From the IMG/VR virus record IMGVR_UViG_2923073944_000003, positions 62,001 through 123,288 of that record: a DNA stretch of 61,288 nucleotides; one strand, given 5' to 3'. Each line of letters begins with the position of its first letter. The stretch's first letter is position 1. Positions 1 through 7,629 of the stretch are shown here, one piece after another. A program made the translations under genes and the position numbers. This DNA comes from an uncultured virus (IMG/VR IMGVR_UViG_2923073944_000003). Lineage: Duplodnaviria; Heunggongvirae; Uroviricota; Caudoviricetes. The notes beneath the pieces were generated by a model that did not search any database, had not been told where the DNA came from, and saw only the letters and a program-made list of their open reading frames with translations.

Positions 1-17
1 CTTTTATTATTGTAATT

Positions 18-1067
18 TTATTTAGCTAAGGCTTCTTCTAATTTAATATCTAAATCTGTATTTTGATTAAGATTAGTAATAGCAATAACCTTTCCAACGG
101 AGGTCATTCTAAACTCAGGAAGAGTAGTTCTGTCCCATATTTCATTTACTTTACGGATACTTTCATATCTGCTTATAGCCAAACTTATTTCATTTTCTGA
201 TTTAAGATGGTTTTTATAAAAATCAATAATCTTACTTTGATGCTGAATAAACACTGAACCCAAAATTTCAATTTTATCTAATAAATGAAAAAATCCCTGA
301 ACATTGAACTTATATAAATTATTTTCGTCTGAAAGAGGCGTAACCATTTCTTTTAGGATATTTGAATCTAGATAAGGAAATGTCTTAAGATAGTGCTCAA
401 GATCAAAACCAGCTTGAAATATCCCACCGTATGCCATGTGAATCAAATAAGAAAAATGCTCATTTTGACCTTTTGTTAAGTTCTCGCATTTACAATACTC
501 TAAATGCATCATCTGGTTTAATGAAGGGATTTTTTTTGGCAGAAACGGCACTGCATATTTATTTAACAAACAATTTAATTCTCCTATTGTTTGGCACGGA
601 AAAGTTACTTCAGATAAAAGGAAGTGCAGACTTAGTAAATTAATGTGTTCAGTATTTAGCTTAGAAGAAACTTCTATTGCTTCATTGAGAACTACCTGTT
701 TAAACGATCTATCCTTTTCTTTAGTCCGTTCAACTAATAATTCTTTTAACATCTGGTATAGATATTTTTCGCCAGACCTTACAAAATCCCTTTGTGCTAC
801 ATAAATTATATATTGCAAGTCAGGATCAGAAAACCGATTAGGTAAATTGGGATTCTTAGAAAATTGTTCTAGAAAACCTTCAATTAAAGTATTTGCTCTT
901 TCTGTAGCAATCTTATTAGCTTCTTGAGAAAGCTTATAAAAATTTTCTTTGAAAATATCGTTACATATTTGTTTTGCATCTCCATATGATAGCCCCGTTA
1001 CATGTACAGTCTCTCCTTGGATATTGACGGAGTGATCTCCTCCACTTTGCGAGCAAGTCTTTTTCAT
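18..1067 (-). CDS. LPO_1073/Vpar_1526-like protein (349 aa) with N-terminal QSGGDHSVNIQG motif
   Basis: ORF with SD (AAGGGTGA); N-terminal 'IFKENFYKLSQEA...DPDLQY...AQRDF' resembles the LPO_1073 family as recalled. Confidence 0.7.
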   Translation of the reverse strand: MKKTCSQSGGDHSVNIQGETVHVTGLSYGDAKQICNDIFKENFYKLSQEANKIATERANTLIEGFLEQFSKNPNLPNRFSDPDLQYIIYVAQRDFVRSGEKYLYQMLKELLVERTKEKDRSFKQVVLNEAIEVSSKLNTEHINLLSLHFLLSEVTFPCQTIGELNCLLNKYAVPFLPKKIPSLNQMMHLEYCKCENLTKGQNEHFSYLIHMAYGGIFQAGFDLEHYLKTFPYLDSNILKEMVTPLSDENNLYKFNVQGFFHLLDKIEILGSVFIQHQSKIIDFYKNHLKSENEISLAISRYESIRKVNEIWDRTTLPEFRMTSVGKVIAITNLNQNTDLDIKLEEALAK

Positions 1068-1274
1068 CTATTTATCACCCTTGTTTTTAAAATCATTTAT
1101 TTCTACATTACACCCTTGAATATTAACTGAATTGTCCCCGCCTTGTTGATTATATTTTGTATCATGAATGTCTTCCTTTTTTGTTTTCTTCCACTTTAAG
1201 CATATCCAACCTACAATAGGTAGACCGACACCGCTAAAAATCCACTGAATATTATTATATAAAAAGTCAATCAA
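1068..1274 (-). CDS. Small membrane protein (68 aa): N-terminal TM helix, basic linker, C-terminal QQGGDNSVNIQG motif
   Basis: TTG start with SD AGGAAGG; hydrophobic WIFSGVGLPIVGWICL; stop abuts next start codon. Confidence 0.8.
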   Translation of the reverse strand: MIDFLYNNIQWIFSGVGLPIVGWICLKWKKTKKEDIHDTKYNQQGGDNSVNIQGCNVEINDFKNKGDK

Positions 1275-1316
1275 AATCTAACCTTCCTTTCTTGAATACG
1301 AGTTAATTTCATCCGT

Positions 1317-1448
1317 TCACAAGGTATTCCATTCAACATATTCAAATCGCTGCTGATAAAGGTCTTCCAGGATTGTGGCCCATTCAATCCATCCATCCGC
1401 AACAATGCTTTTTTTCTCTCCATCCTCAATCCATTCAATCCAGTACAC
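1317..1448 (-). CDS. yopG: YopG-like 43-aa protein MYWIEWIEDGEKKSIVADGWIEWATILEDLYQQRFEYVEWNTL (missing from the ORF track)
   Basis: SD AGGAG then GTG at 1448, TGA at 1317-1319; follows yopE-yopF as in SPbeta. Confidence 0.8.
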   Translation of the reverse strand: MYWIEWIEDGEKKSIVADGWIEWATILEDLYQQRFEYVEWNTL

Positions 1449-1459
1449 CTGAACACTCC

Positions 1460-1675
1460 TCACCTAGTAATAACTTCAATTTGCCTTATGGCAGAAGTGG
1501 CTTTAAACTCCGTATGTAGCTCATTTGCGATCACTAAAGCTTCTGACATTGTAGTGAACTTAGAAGCGCCATGAAGCCCCTTAGATGTCTTATAACCACT
1601 TCCATCTAATTTAAATGACTTGAAGTAATCATCATTTTCAAATTGAATAACAAAAAAGTTATCGATAACCGGCAT
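1460..1675 (-). CDS. yopF: YopF-like phage protein
   Basis: 71 aa, resembles SPbeta YopF; synteny. Confidence 0.75.
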   Translation of the reverse strand: MPVIDNFFVIQFENDDYFKSFKLDGSGYKTSKGLHGASKFTTMSEALVIANELHTEFKATSAIRQIEVITR

Positions 1676-1677
1676 AG

Positions 1678-1929
1678 CTAACTCCTCTTCAGCAGACCAG
1701 CAATTTTTATGGCCAGTGGCAGCAATCCAATTAATATGTAAAACACCATGATATTTATTTTATTCTTAAAGAACAGTTCAATCATATTCTGCTCCATACC
1801 TGGTGAAAATGAATCAATCAGTTCCTGTTTAAATTCTTCATCGTAAACCTGATCAACAAATAAAGCTTTAAACCCAGATAGAAAGCCAATACCCAGCCAG
1901 AGTATTAAGAAATATGCTATTCCAATCAA
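1678..1929 (-). CDS. yopE: YopE-like membrane protein
   Basis: 83 aa, two hydrophobic segments, VDQVYDEEFK motif; SD GGAGG. Confidence 0.75.
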   Translation of the reverse strand: MIGIAYFLILWLGIGFLSGFKALFVDQVYDEEFKQELIDSFSPGMEQNMIELFFKNKINIMVFYILIGLLPLAIKIAGLLKRS

Positions 1930-1999
1930 ATTAAAGCCCTCCTTATATACATCGTCTGGTATTATAGTAGTGTTAAATACTTTGTGTAGGTGAAATTTA

Positions 2000-2182
2000 A
2001 TGGAAGAGAAAGATTTTGAGACTAATGGCTACGATGTAACAGTTGTATATGATTATAAGGAGTACCCCGATGTTAAATATGGACGCTGTGACAACTGTGA
2101 TTACGCTTTATTCAAGAGTTCAGTGAAAAGTGGTGTGTTTTTACGTGAGTGTCGTAGATGTGGTATGAAGAAGAGCATTTAA
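2000..2182 (+). CDS. Small zinc-ribbon protein (CxxC...CxxC), opposite strand to neighbours
   Basis: SD AGGTGA; RCDNC and ECRRC; followed by hairpin AAGAGCATT/AATGCTCTT + T-run. Confidence 0.75.
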   Translation: MEEKDFETNGYDVTVVYDYKEYPDVKYGRCDNCDYALFKSSVKSGVFLRECRRCGMKKSI

Positions 2183-2192
2183 ATGCTCTTTT

Positions 2193-2417
2193 TTATTTCA
2201 CTGGAATCATGTAGCTTACATATACTTCAATTCCGTCTGCAGTTTTATATTCCGCAATTTTGTCTGGATCCGATTCAATCTTTTCAATAAGCCGCTTTGC
2301 ACTTTTATTACCCTTTTCACTATTTGCTGCAACAATCCAAGACCAATAATTCCACTCAGTGATGCAGGACTTAATCTTTTCTGGTATCTTATGACCTATT
2401 GTGTAAACCTTTATCAC
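2193..2417 (-). CDS. Hypothetical phage protein
   Basis: 74-aa ORF, SD GGGAGGGGAG. Confidence 0.7.
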   Translation of the reverse strand: MIKVYTIGHKIPEKIKSCITEWNYWSWIVAANSEKGNKSAKRLIEKIESDPDKIAEYKTADGIEVYVSYMIPVK

Positions 2418-2441
2418 GTATACTCCCCTCCCAAGCTCGCA

Positions 2442-2669
2442 TTATTTAATCCAATTTGCTTGTGGAACGTTCAATACTCGATATTGTTCATCTAAGTAAG
2501 CATGTTTCCTTTCCCAATCACTTTTCTTCCACGCTTCTTGATTTGTGAATGACATATCTAATGGCTTTGGGTATTCTCCGTCCACCCAGCCATCTTCAAT
2601 ATGATTTAGTTTGGCTTCGTTGCCTTTATCTTCGTATTTGTACCAGACAGTTATCATTTTGGCTGCCAT
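2442..2669 (-). CDS. Hypothetical SPbeta-type protein
   Basis: 75-aa ORF, SD AAGGGGGG. Confidence 0.75.
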   Translation of the reverse strand: MAAKMITVWYKYEDKGNEAKLNHIEDGWVDGEYPKPLDMSFTNQEAWKKSDWERKHAYLDEQYRVLNVPQANWIK

Positions 2670-2719
2670 AAGTCATCCCCCCTTTAAAATCGTAGTTTTA
2701 TTTAGATATTCAGTTACAG

Positions 2720-4030
2720 TTAGTCTTTAACAACTGATCTATATCTAATTAAAAAGGCCTCTAGTCTCCCCAACTCTGTTTTATGGTAATCATGATGAGT
2801 CCCTTCGGTTTCTGGAAATAATGGATTTTTGAAAGGAAGCGATTCTGGTGAGTCCTTAAGACTTTGGAACGTTTCCCAAGCTACGGGGTCGTATATTTGG
2901 AATGTATCGCCCAATAACGAACAATGTCCACTGTCTTTTCTTTGCCTAACAGGAATAGCATAATTCTTATATAGCTTGTAATTTTCAATTGTTTGTCTGT
3001 TAATCTTAGAAGACAAATAACAGATTCCCCAGTATTCCGAAGACTTTGACTGTTTAACCCATTCAAGTAAAAATTGAGAAATTATATATTCTGGTTTAAA
3101 AACATCGCTTTTATTTTTCACTCTTATTGTACACACAGATATTAAAATCCATGTCATCAAGTAATCATCAAATTTATAATCACCACTAAGCTCAAAAAAT
3201 TTTTTAAGGTTGTCAGCGAGTTCTTTAGGTGAAATACTCAAATTTAAAAGTTTCAATTCATCATTTTCAAGGTGAAAAACTGAAGTATAGATACTTTCAT
3301 AATCAGGACTCTCTATTTCTTCCCAACAAACCTGAGCCGAGCTACCAAGGTAAAGACAAGGAAATCCAGGTATACTAAAACGTTGTGTTTTTATAATACC
3401 CCTTATCTCAAAGGGAATATGAAACATGTCCTCCTTAGAAGAAAGAACTTTAGTTTTACTAGACCTCATTCTAAATAATTCATTAGGAATACGTATACTA
3501 TCAATATTGTATAAGAGGTTCTTAATATTTACCTCTTTTGAAAACTCCTCCATCCCCTTTGCGAATTCAACATAGGCCTGATGCACAGATCCGTCTAAGT
3601 ATAAATCAATTGTTTTAGTAATTTGTTTTGCAAAAGACTCAATCTTGGTTATTTTTAAAGGGTTGAATGATGTTGTAGGTGGAAGCTTAGACAATTCTGC
3701 AATATATTCTGAATATAAATTCTCCATAAAAACATCTAAATCTTCACCCGTTCTTTCTATTGGAATATCGCATTTATCAATAATAAAACTTAATATTGGA
3801 TATATTTCAATAGCCCATTCAATTAAAATGTCTAACCTTTCTTTATTTGAAAAGGTATTTATATTAATTTTTTCCTCCTTAATAACATCATTGGTGTTTT
3901 TGTCTGTGAATTCAGGTTTTACTGTTAACTCTTTAAAAATATCAAATGCAAGCTCTTTCAAAGAATCATTAATTTCCTCATGTTTCGATAAGTCTTTTTT
4001 TAGCCTTTTAGCTTTTCTATACAAATCCAT
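2720..4030 (-). CDS. RES-domain protein (putative NAD+-consuming toxin/defence effector)
   Basis: RFSIPGFPCLYLGSS..CWEE, FKPEYIISQFLLEW, GICYLSS, NYAIP motifs typical of RES-family proteins; SD AAGGAG. Confidence 0.7.
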   Translation of the reverse strand: MDLYRKAKRLKKDLSKHEEINDSLKELAFDIFKELTVKPEFTDKNTNDVIKEEKININTFSNKERLDILIEWAIEIYPILSFIIDKCDIPIERTGEDLDVFMENLYSEYIAELSKLPPTTSFNPLKITKIESFAKQITKTIDLYLDGSVHQAYVEFAKGMEEFSKEVNIKNLLYNIDSIRIPNELFRMRSSKTKVLSSKEDMFHIPFEIRGIIKTQRFSIPGFPCLYLGSSAQVCWEEIESPDYESIYTSVFHLENDELKLLNLSISPKELADNLKKFFELSGDYKFDDYLMTWILISVCTIRVKNKSDVFKPEYIISQFLLEWVKQSKSSEYWGICYLSSKINRQTIENYKLYKNYAIPVRQRKDSGHCSLLGDTFQIYDPVAWETFQSLKDSPESLPFKNPLFPETEGTHHDYHKTELGRLEAFLIRYRSVVKD

Positions 4031-4125
4031 TAATGTTCTCCTTATTAATTTTTCACCTTTTCCATAAAAGTACGATTTTATGTAGACCCAGAAAATTTGT
4101 AAGTATTTACTGTTCTTGTAACTTT

Positions 4126-4154
4126 AGTATACCATGATCACTTTAAGTGATCAA
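4126..4154 (-). promoter_or_regulatory. sigmaA-like promoter (TTGATC-17-TATACT) overlapped by palindrome TGATCACTT-T-AAGTGATCA
   Basis: Read directly; palindrome at 4135-4153. Confidence 0.7.
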
Positions 4155-4161
4155 TATCTTT

Positions 4162-4365
4162 TTAATCTTTTTTGTAAATCAACAGCTCATGCAGCTCAAT
4201 GTCTAAATATGTGCAGACTTTATCTAACAGGTCTCTTGGGTACCGCTCCATTTCATCATGATACAGCTTCCTAACTGTGTTAAAACCATGGTCAATATCA
4301 TTGGACAGCTTTCGAATACTGATATTCCTTTCGTCTAATATCGGTTTTAAATTTGATTTAATCAA
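4162..4365 (-). CDS. yopB: YopB-like XRE/Cro helix-turn-helix regulator (likely TTG start at 4365)
   Basis: [20 protein letters not shown]...[16 protein letters not shown] matches SPbeta YopB as recalled. Confidence 0.75.
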   Translation of the reverse strand: MIKSNLKPILDERNISIRKLSNDIDHGFNTVRKLYHDEMERYPRDLLDKVCTYLDIELHELLIYKKD

Positions 4366-4420
4366 TTTAACTACCCCACATTCATTATGTATGATCACTT
4401 TAAATTATCATTATATCCAT

Positions 4421-4448
4421 AAAAAAGGTCAAGGATATACCTTGACTA
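4421..4448 (-). terminator. Intrinsic terminator of the secreted-protein gene
   Basis: GTCAAGG/CCTTGAC stem followed by a T6 run on the minus strand. Confidence 0.65.
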
Positions 4449-4458
4449 TGTATTAAGC

Positions 4459-4896
4459 TTACCAATCATCATCCGGCTCATCATGTTCGAATCCATAAAA
4501 GCCTTTAATCCAGACGTCACCGCAGCCGGTTCCTTTTGTGATACTTAAGTAATGATTCCTGTTTGCATCACCATTCACCTTATCCTCTGCGCTCAAGTTC
4601 AAATGATTTCCCGTGAAATTCTTTTCACTTAGAGTAAAATCATAACCTGCCAGTGTAATTCTTTGGAGTTTAAAATTTAATGTACAACCTTCAGCATTGT
4701 AGATGGTGAATCTGTATCCCAACTTAGTTGGCCAATATTCGAGATTGGTGTCATCAGCCATAAAAAAGCCCGTTTCATTCTCAGTCATTTTAAAGCTGAC
4801 CTTATGTTCATCTTTTGTAATCTTAGCCAAAGTACTTCCGCTACTCAAACACCAAGTTAAAGACAATGCAGCAATACTCAAACCCAACTTTTTCAT
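4459..4896 (-). CDS. Secreted protein of unknown function (signal peptide)
   Basis: MKKLGLSIAALSLTWCLSSGSTLA signal peptide; SD AGGGGGAG before ATG 4896. Confidence 0.75.
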   Translation of the reverse strand: MKKLGLSIAALSLTWCLSSGSTLAKITKDEHKVSFKMTENETGFFMADDTNLEYWPTKLGYRFTIYNAEGCTLNFKLQRITLAGYDFTLSEKNFTGNHLNLSAEDKVNGDANRNHYLSITKGTGCGDVWIKGFYGFEHDEPDDDW

Positions 4897-5182
4897 ATCC
4901 ACTCCCCCTCTTCCCAAATTATACAACACTTGAGATTAAAGTAGAGTGAACAGGCACGCAGATTCTTCATTTTTCTGTATCAACTATGATATAGCTAGAT
5001 ATTCATAAATCTATGAGTATCTACATGTATTTATAATGATATTACACCTTTATAGAGAACAAAAATATTTATTTTAATTCATTTTAAAGAACGATTCTGC
5101 CAATTTTATGATATAATCATCACTGCCTATAAGTAGCTTTTACTGCTTATTCGCCATATGGTATAGGAAAGAGGTTCTTTTA

Positions 5183-6274
5183 ATGAACGTAAAACATACT
5201 AACTGTTTCTTTGTTATCAGGCTGTTTGCTGCTCTGTGTGTGTTAGTTGGTCATGCTACAAGAGATCTAAACATTTCTGTCTTTGGTTATACCCCAGAGA
5301 GCAAAGCAATATTTCACACCGGCATATCAATCTTCTTTTTTCTAAGCGCGTTTTTTCTTTTCACTTCTTATGAGAGATCCAAGCTTAAAGGAAATAATGT
5401 AATCGATTTTTATTGGAGCCGAATTATCAGGATCGCACCCGCAATTTACACCTATGCTATTGCCTCCACTGTGCTGCTAATTGTTCTGGGAGCTCTTTCA
5501 TTAACGGTATTCACTACTAAAGAGTACTGGATATGGCTTCTGAGCAATCTTGTGCTGTACCCTCAATACTTCCCTGACATCTTCCATCACATTGGCACAG
5601 GTCGCCTTAACGATTCACTTTGGACAATTCCTGTTCAGATTAGCTTTTACCTGGTGTTACCCGTAATTTATTGGTTTTATAAACGTTTCGGATTCCAAAA
5701 AATGATTCTTTGCTCTTTTGCTGTTGCCGCTTTCAGTGTGTTAGTCTCTTTCATAATTTTAAAGTTCGCGCCTGGCAGTGTGTTCGGTAACCTGTACTTA
5801 CATTCTTTCCTGCCGCAGATGTTTTATTTCACTTTGGGCATCTTCTGGGCTAAGGCATGGAGCAAGTCACCGCAGCATATCGTTTTATTTTTCTGTTCTA
5901 TAATTTTATTTTTATTCTTTAAATTTGACCTTCTACATCTCAGCTCAATAAACAGCACATTATGGAGCTTTTTATGGTTCATTCCCTTGAGCTATGCAAT
6001 CATTTGGTTCGGGTACAATGGGCCGAAGATATTGTGGCAGCTGAACCGGTTAGATGATATCAGTATGGGGATTTTCATATGGCACATGGTGATCATCAAC
6101 ATCTTCTTATACACTGGAATTAATAAAACATTGTCTGATTACCCGCTGATCATAGCCCTAATTGCTGTTACTGCTAAATCCGCATTTCTTTCGTACAGAA
6201 TAGTGGAAAAACCCGCTCTTAAATTACGTAATATCAAGAAAAACAAACCAGTCAAAACAAGGATTGCGAGCTAA
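5183..6274 (+). CDS. Acyltransferase family 3 (OafA/YrhL-like) membrane O-acyltransferase
   Basis: About 10 TM segments; RLFAALCVLVGH, FFFLSAF, RIIRIAP, NDSLWTI, SYRIVEKP motifs. Confidence 0.88.
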   Translation: MNVKHTNCFFVIRLFAALCVLVGHATRDLNISVFGYTPESKAIFHTGISIFFFLSAFFLFTSYERSKLKGNNVIDFYWSRIIRIAPAIYTYAIASTVLLIVLGALSLTVFTTKEYWIWLLSNLVLYPQYFPDIFHHIGTGRLNDSLWTIPVQISFYLVLPVIYWFYKRFGFQKMILCSFAVAAFSVLVSFIILKFAPGSVFGNLYLHSFLPQMFYFTLGIFWAKAWSKSPQHIVLFFCSIILFLFFKFDLLHLSSINSTLWSFLWFIPLSYAIIWFGYNGPKILWQLNRLDDISMGIFIWHMVIINIFLYTGINKTLSDYPLIIALIAVTAKSAFLSYRIVEKPALKLRNIKKNKPVKTRIAS

Positions 6275-6367
6275 CTGCAAGGGCTGTTCTTATGTAGGCA
6301 GCCCGAATCCTGTTTAGCATGAAATGGTGTTTTTATTTAAAATAGGCTTTGGAATACTAACGTTTCA

Positions 6368-6475
6368 TCAAATAGCTTTGATATTTTCGCTTTCACAAGA
6401 TGGACAGTCTTCATCAAAGTCATCGCCAATCCATTTATACCCACACTCTTCACACTTGATCAGTAGCTCATCCAT
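6368..6475 (-). CDS. 35-aa zinc-ribbon microprotein MDELLIKCEECGYKWIGDDFDEDCPSCESENIKAI (missing from ORF track)
   Basis: SD AAGGAGA, ATG 6475, TGA 6368-6370, CxxC...CPxC. Confidence 0.7.
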   Translation of the reverse strand: MDELLIKCEECGYKWIGDDFDEDCPSCESENIKAI

Positions 6476-6502
6476 TGTTCATCTCTCCTTAGTCTCAGTT
6501 GC

Positions 6503-6829
6503 CTAACTAATTAATGGCTTAATTTCTTTTACATATTCAAAAAACTGCTGTTGACCTTCAAGAATGCCAAACAATTCATGCCTACCAGTAAAGACCCATT
6601 GAGGTGACTCCCCATTTGTCTGTATCTCTACAGTAAAGCTTACTCCTTTTGTATTAATCTCTTCATCTTCCTCGAGTTCATAATGATGTTCAATTAATCT
6701 TTTCAATGTTTGACTGTCTTTTATTTCCTTAGAATAAAATGTCAACCCCTGATCTTCATATTCCTTTAGTTTAAAGCCGTTGTCCAGTAAGAATTGAAGA
6801 ATGTTTTCATTTAATTTTGATTTTGTCAT
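6503..6829 (-). CDS. Hypothetical phage protein
   Basis: 108 aa, SD AGAGGGGAG. Confidence 0.75.
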   Translation of the reverse strand: MTKSKLNENILQFLLDNGFKLKEYEDQGLTFYSKEIKDSQTLKRLIEHHYELEEDEEINTKGVSFTVEIQTNGESPQWVFTGRHELFGILEGQQQFFEYVKEIKPLIS

Positions 6830-6859
6830 GCTTTATTCTCCCCTCTTTAAAACTGTGTT

Positions 6860-7240
6860 TTATTCAGATATGATTGCATGTATCCTTCTTAATTGATCTA
6901 ACGTTAAATCAACCGATGACCATCTATCAAAGACTGAGCGTATATTGAAAATTAACTTTTTCTTCTCTTCCTTATCAATAATATCTTGTTTGGACAAATA
7001 AAGTTCCCAGTCAGGACTATATTCTGTCACTTCTGTCATATCCTCTAAAGAAAATTTGAACATGCGTCTTATTTCTGTCTCTCCCGTATTTCCAACATAG
7101 AAATATTTCCTTCCTTTTTTTAACACAACTTTCTCTAGAATATCTTTTCTTCCATATCGTGCGGCATTATTGATTGGTTTAAGATATACTGTTGAACCAA
7201 CCTTTATTAATTGACTTTTATCCAAATCAATTCTCTCCAT
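6860..7240 (-). CDS. Hypothetical phage protein (possible N-terminal beta-barrel)
   Basis: 126 aa; VVLKKGRKYFYV motif. Confidence 0.7.
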   Translation of the reverse strand: MERIDLDKSQLIKVGSTVYLKPINNAARYGRKDILEKVVLKKGRKYFYVGNTGETEIRRMFKFSLEDMTEVTEYSPDWELYLSKQDIIDKEEKKKLIFNIRSVFDRWSSVDLTLDQLRRIHAIISE

Positions 7241-7263
7241 TCTATTTCAAATTGTTGTTTTAT

Positions 7264-7473
7264 TCAGATGTCATAGCATAACTTGTTGAGACGCTTTAAG
7301 ATACACTTTCTTTTTATTCTGTCTTTTTTAGACAGAAGAGAAAGGTTTCTTTCTCCAATGGTTGTAATTCTGTTAAGAAAAATCATTTCCTTTTCTGATA
7401 CAATACCTTCGTTTAATGCCTTATTTTCAATCTCGCTTATATTGTAATAGTTGATTCCGTACTGTTCATTCAT
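7264..7473 (-). CDS. Hypothetical phage protein
   Basis: 69 aa, SD GGAG, downstream of a sigmaA-like promoter. Confidence 0.6.
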   Translation of the reverse strand: MNEQYGINYYNISEIENKALNEGIVSEKEMIFLNRITTIGERNLSLLSKKDRIKRKCILKRLNKLCYDI

Positions 7474-7563
7474 CTTAATTACTCCATTCTGTTTAAAATA
7501 TGCATTTTATTTTATTTTTATCCTTGAAATATGTATGCTCCGCTGTTGTTTTAACTTGATTTA

Positions 7564-7616
7564 AGTATAGCATAACCATTTTAAATAATCAATACTAATT
7601 TTATTTTTATTCTAAA
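7564..7616 (-). promoter_or_regulatory. sigmaA-like promoter (TTGATT-17-TATACT) with upstream TTTAGAATAAAAATAAAAT box
   Basis: -35 at 7587-7592, -10 at 7564-7569, box at 7598-7616. Confidence 0.65.
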
Positions 7617-7629
7617 AGTGCGTATTTTA

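Noticed and set aside
1271..1456. 61-aa ORF MFRCTGLNG... in the ORF track
   Set aside because: Wrong frame; the SD-supported YopG-like ORF 1317-1448 occupies the same DNA
4135..4153. ATCACT...AGTGAT as an arbitrium AimR operator
   Set aside because: Half-sites resemble the AimR box as recalled, but the spacer is 3 bp rather than the long AimR spacer; aimR is not in the window and the adjacent HTH gene is a better candidate
3645..4933. Plus-strand ORFs 3645-4067 and 4703-4933 (and similar antisense ORFs throughout)
   Set aside because: Shadow frames of well-supported genes, with no SD or protein-like features
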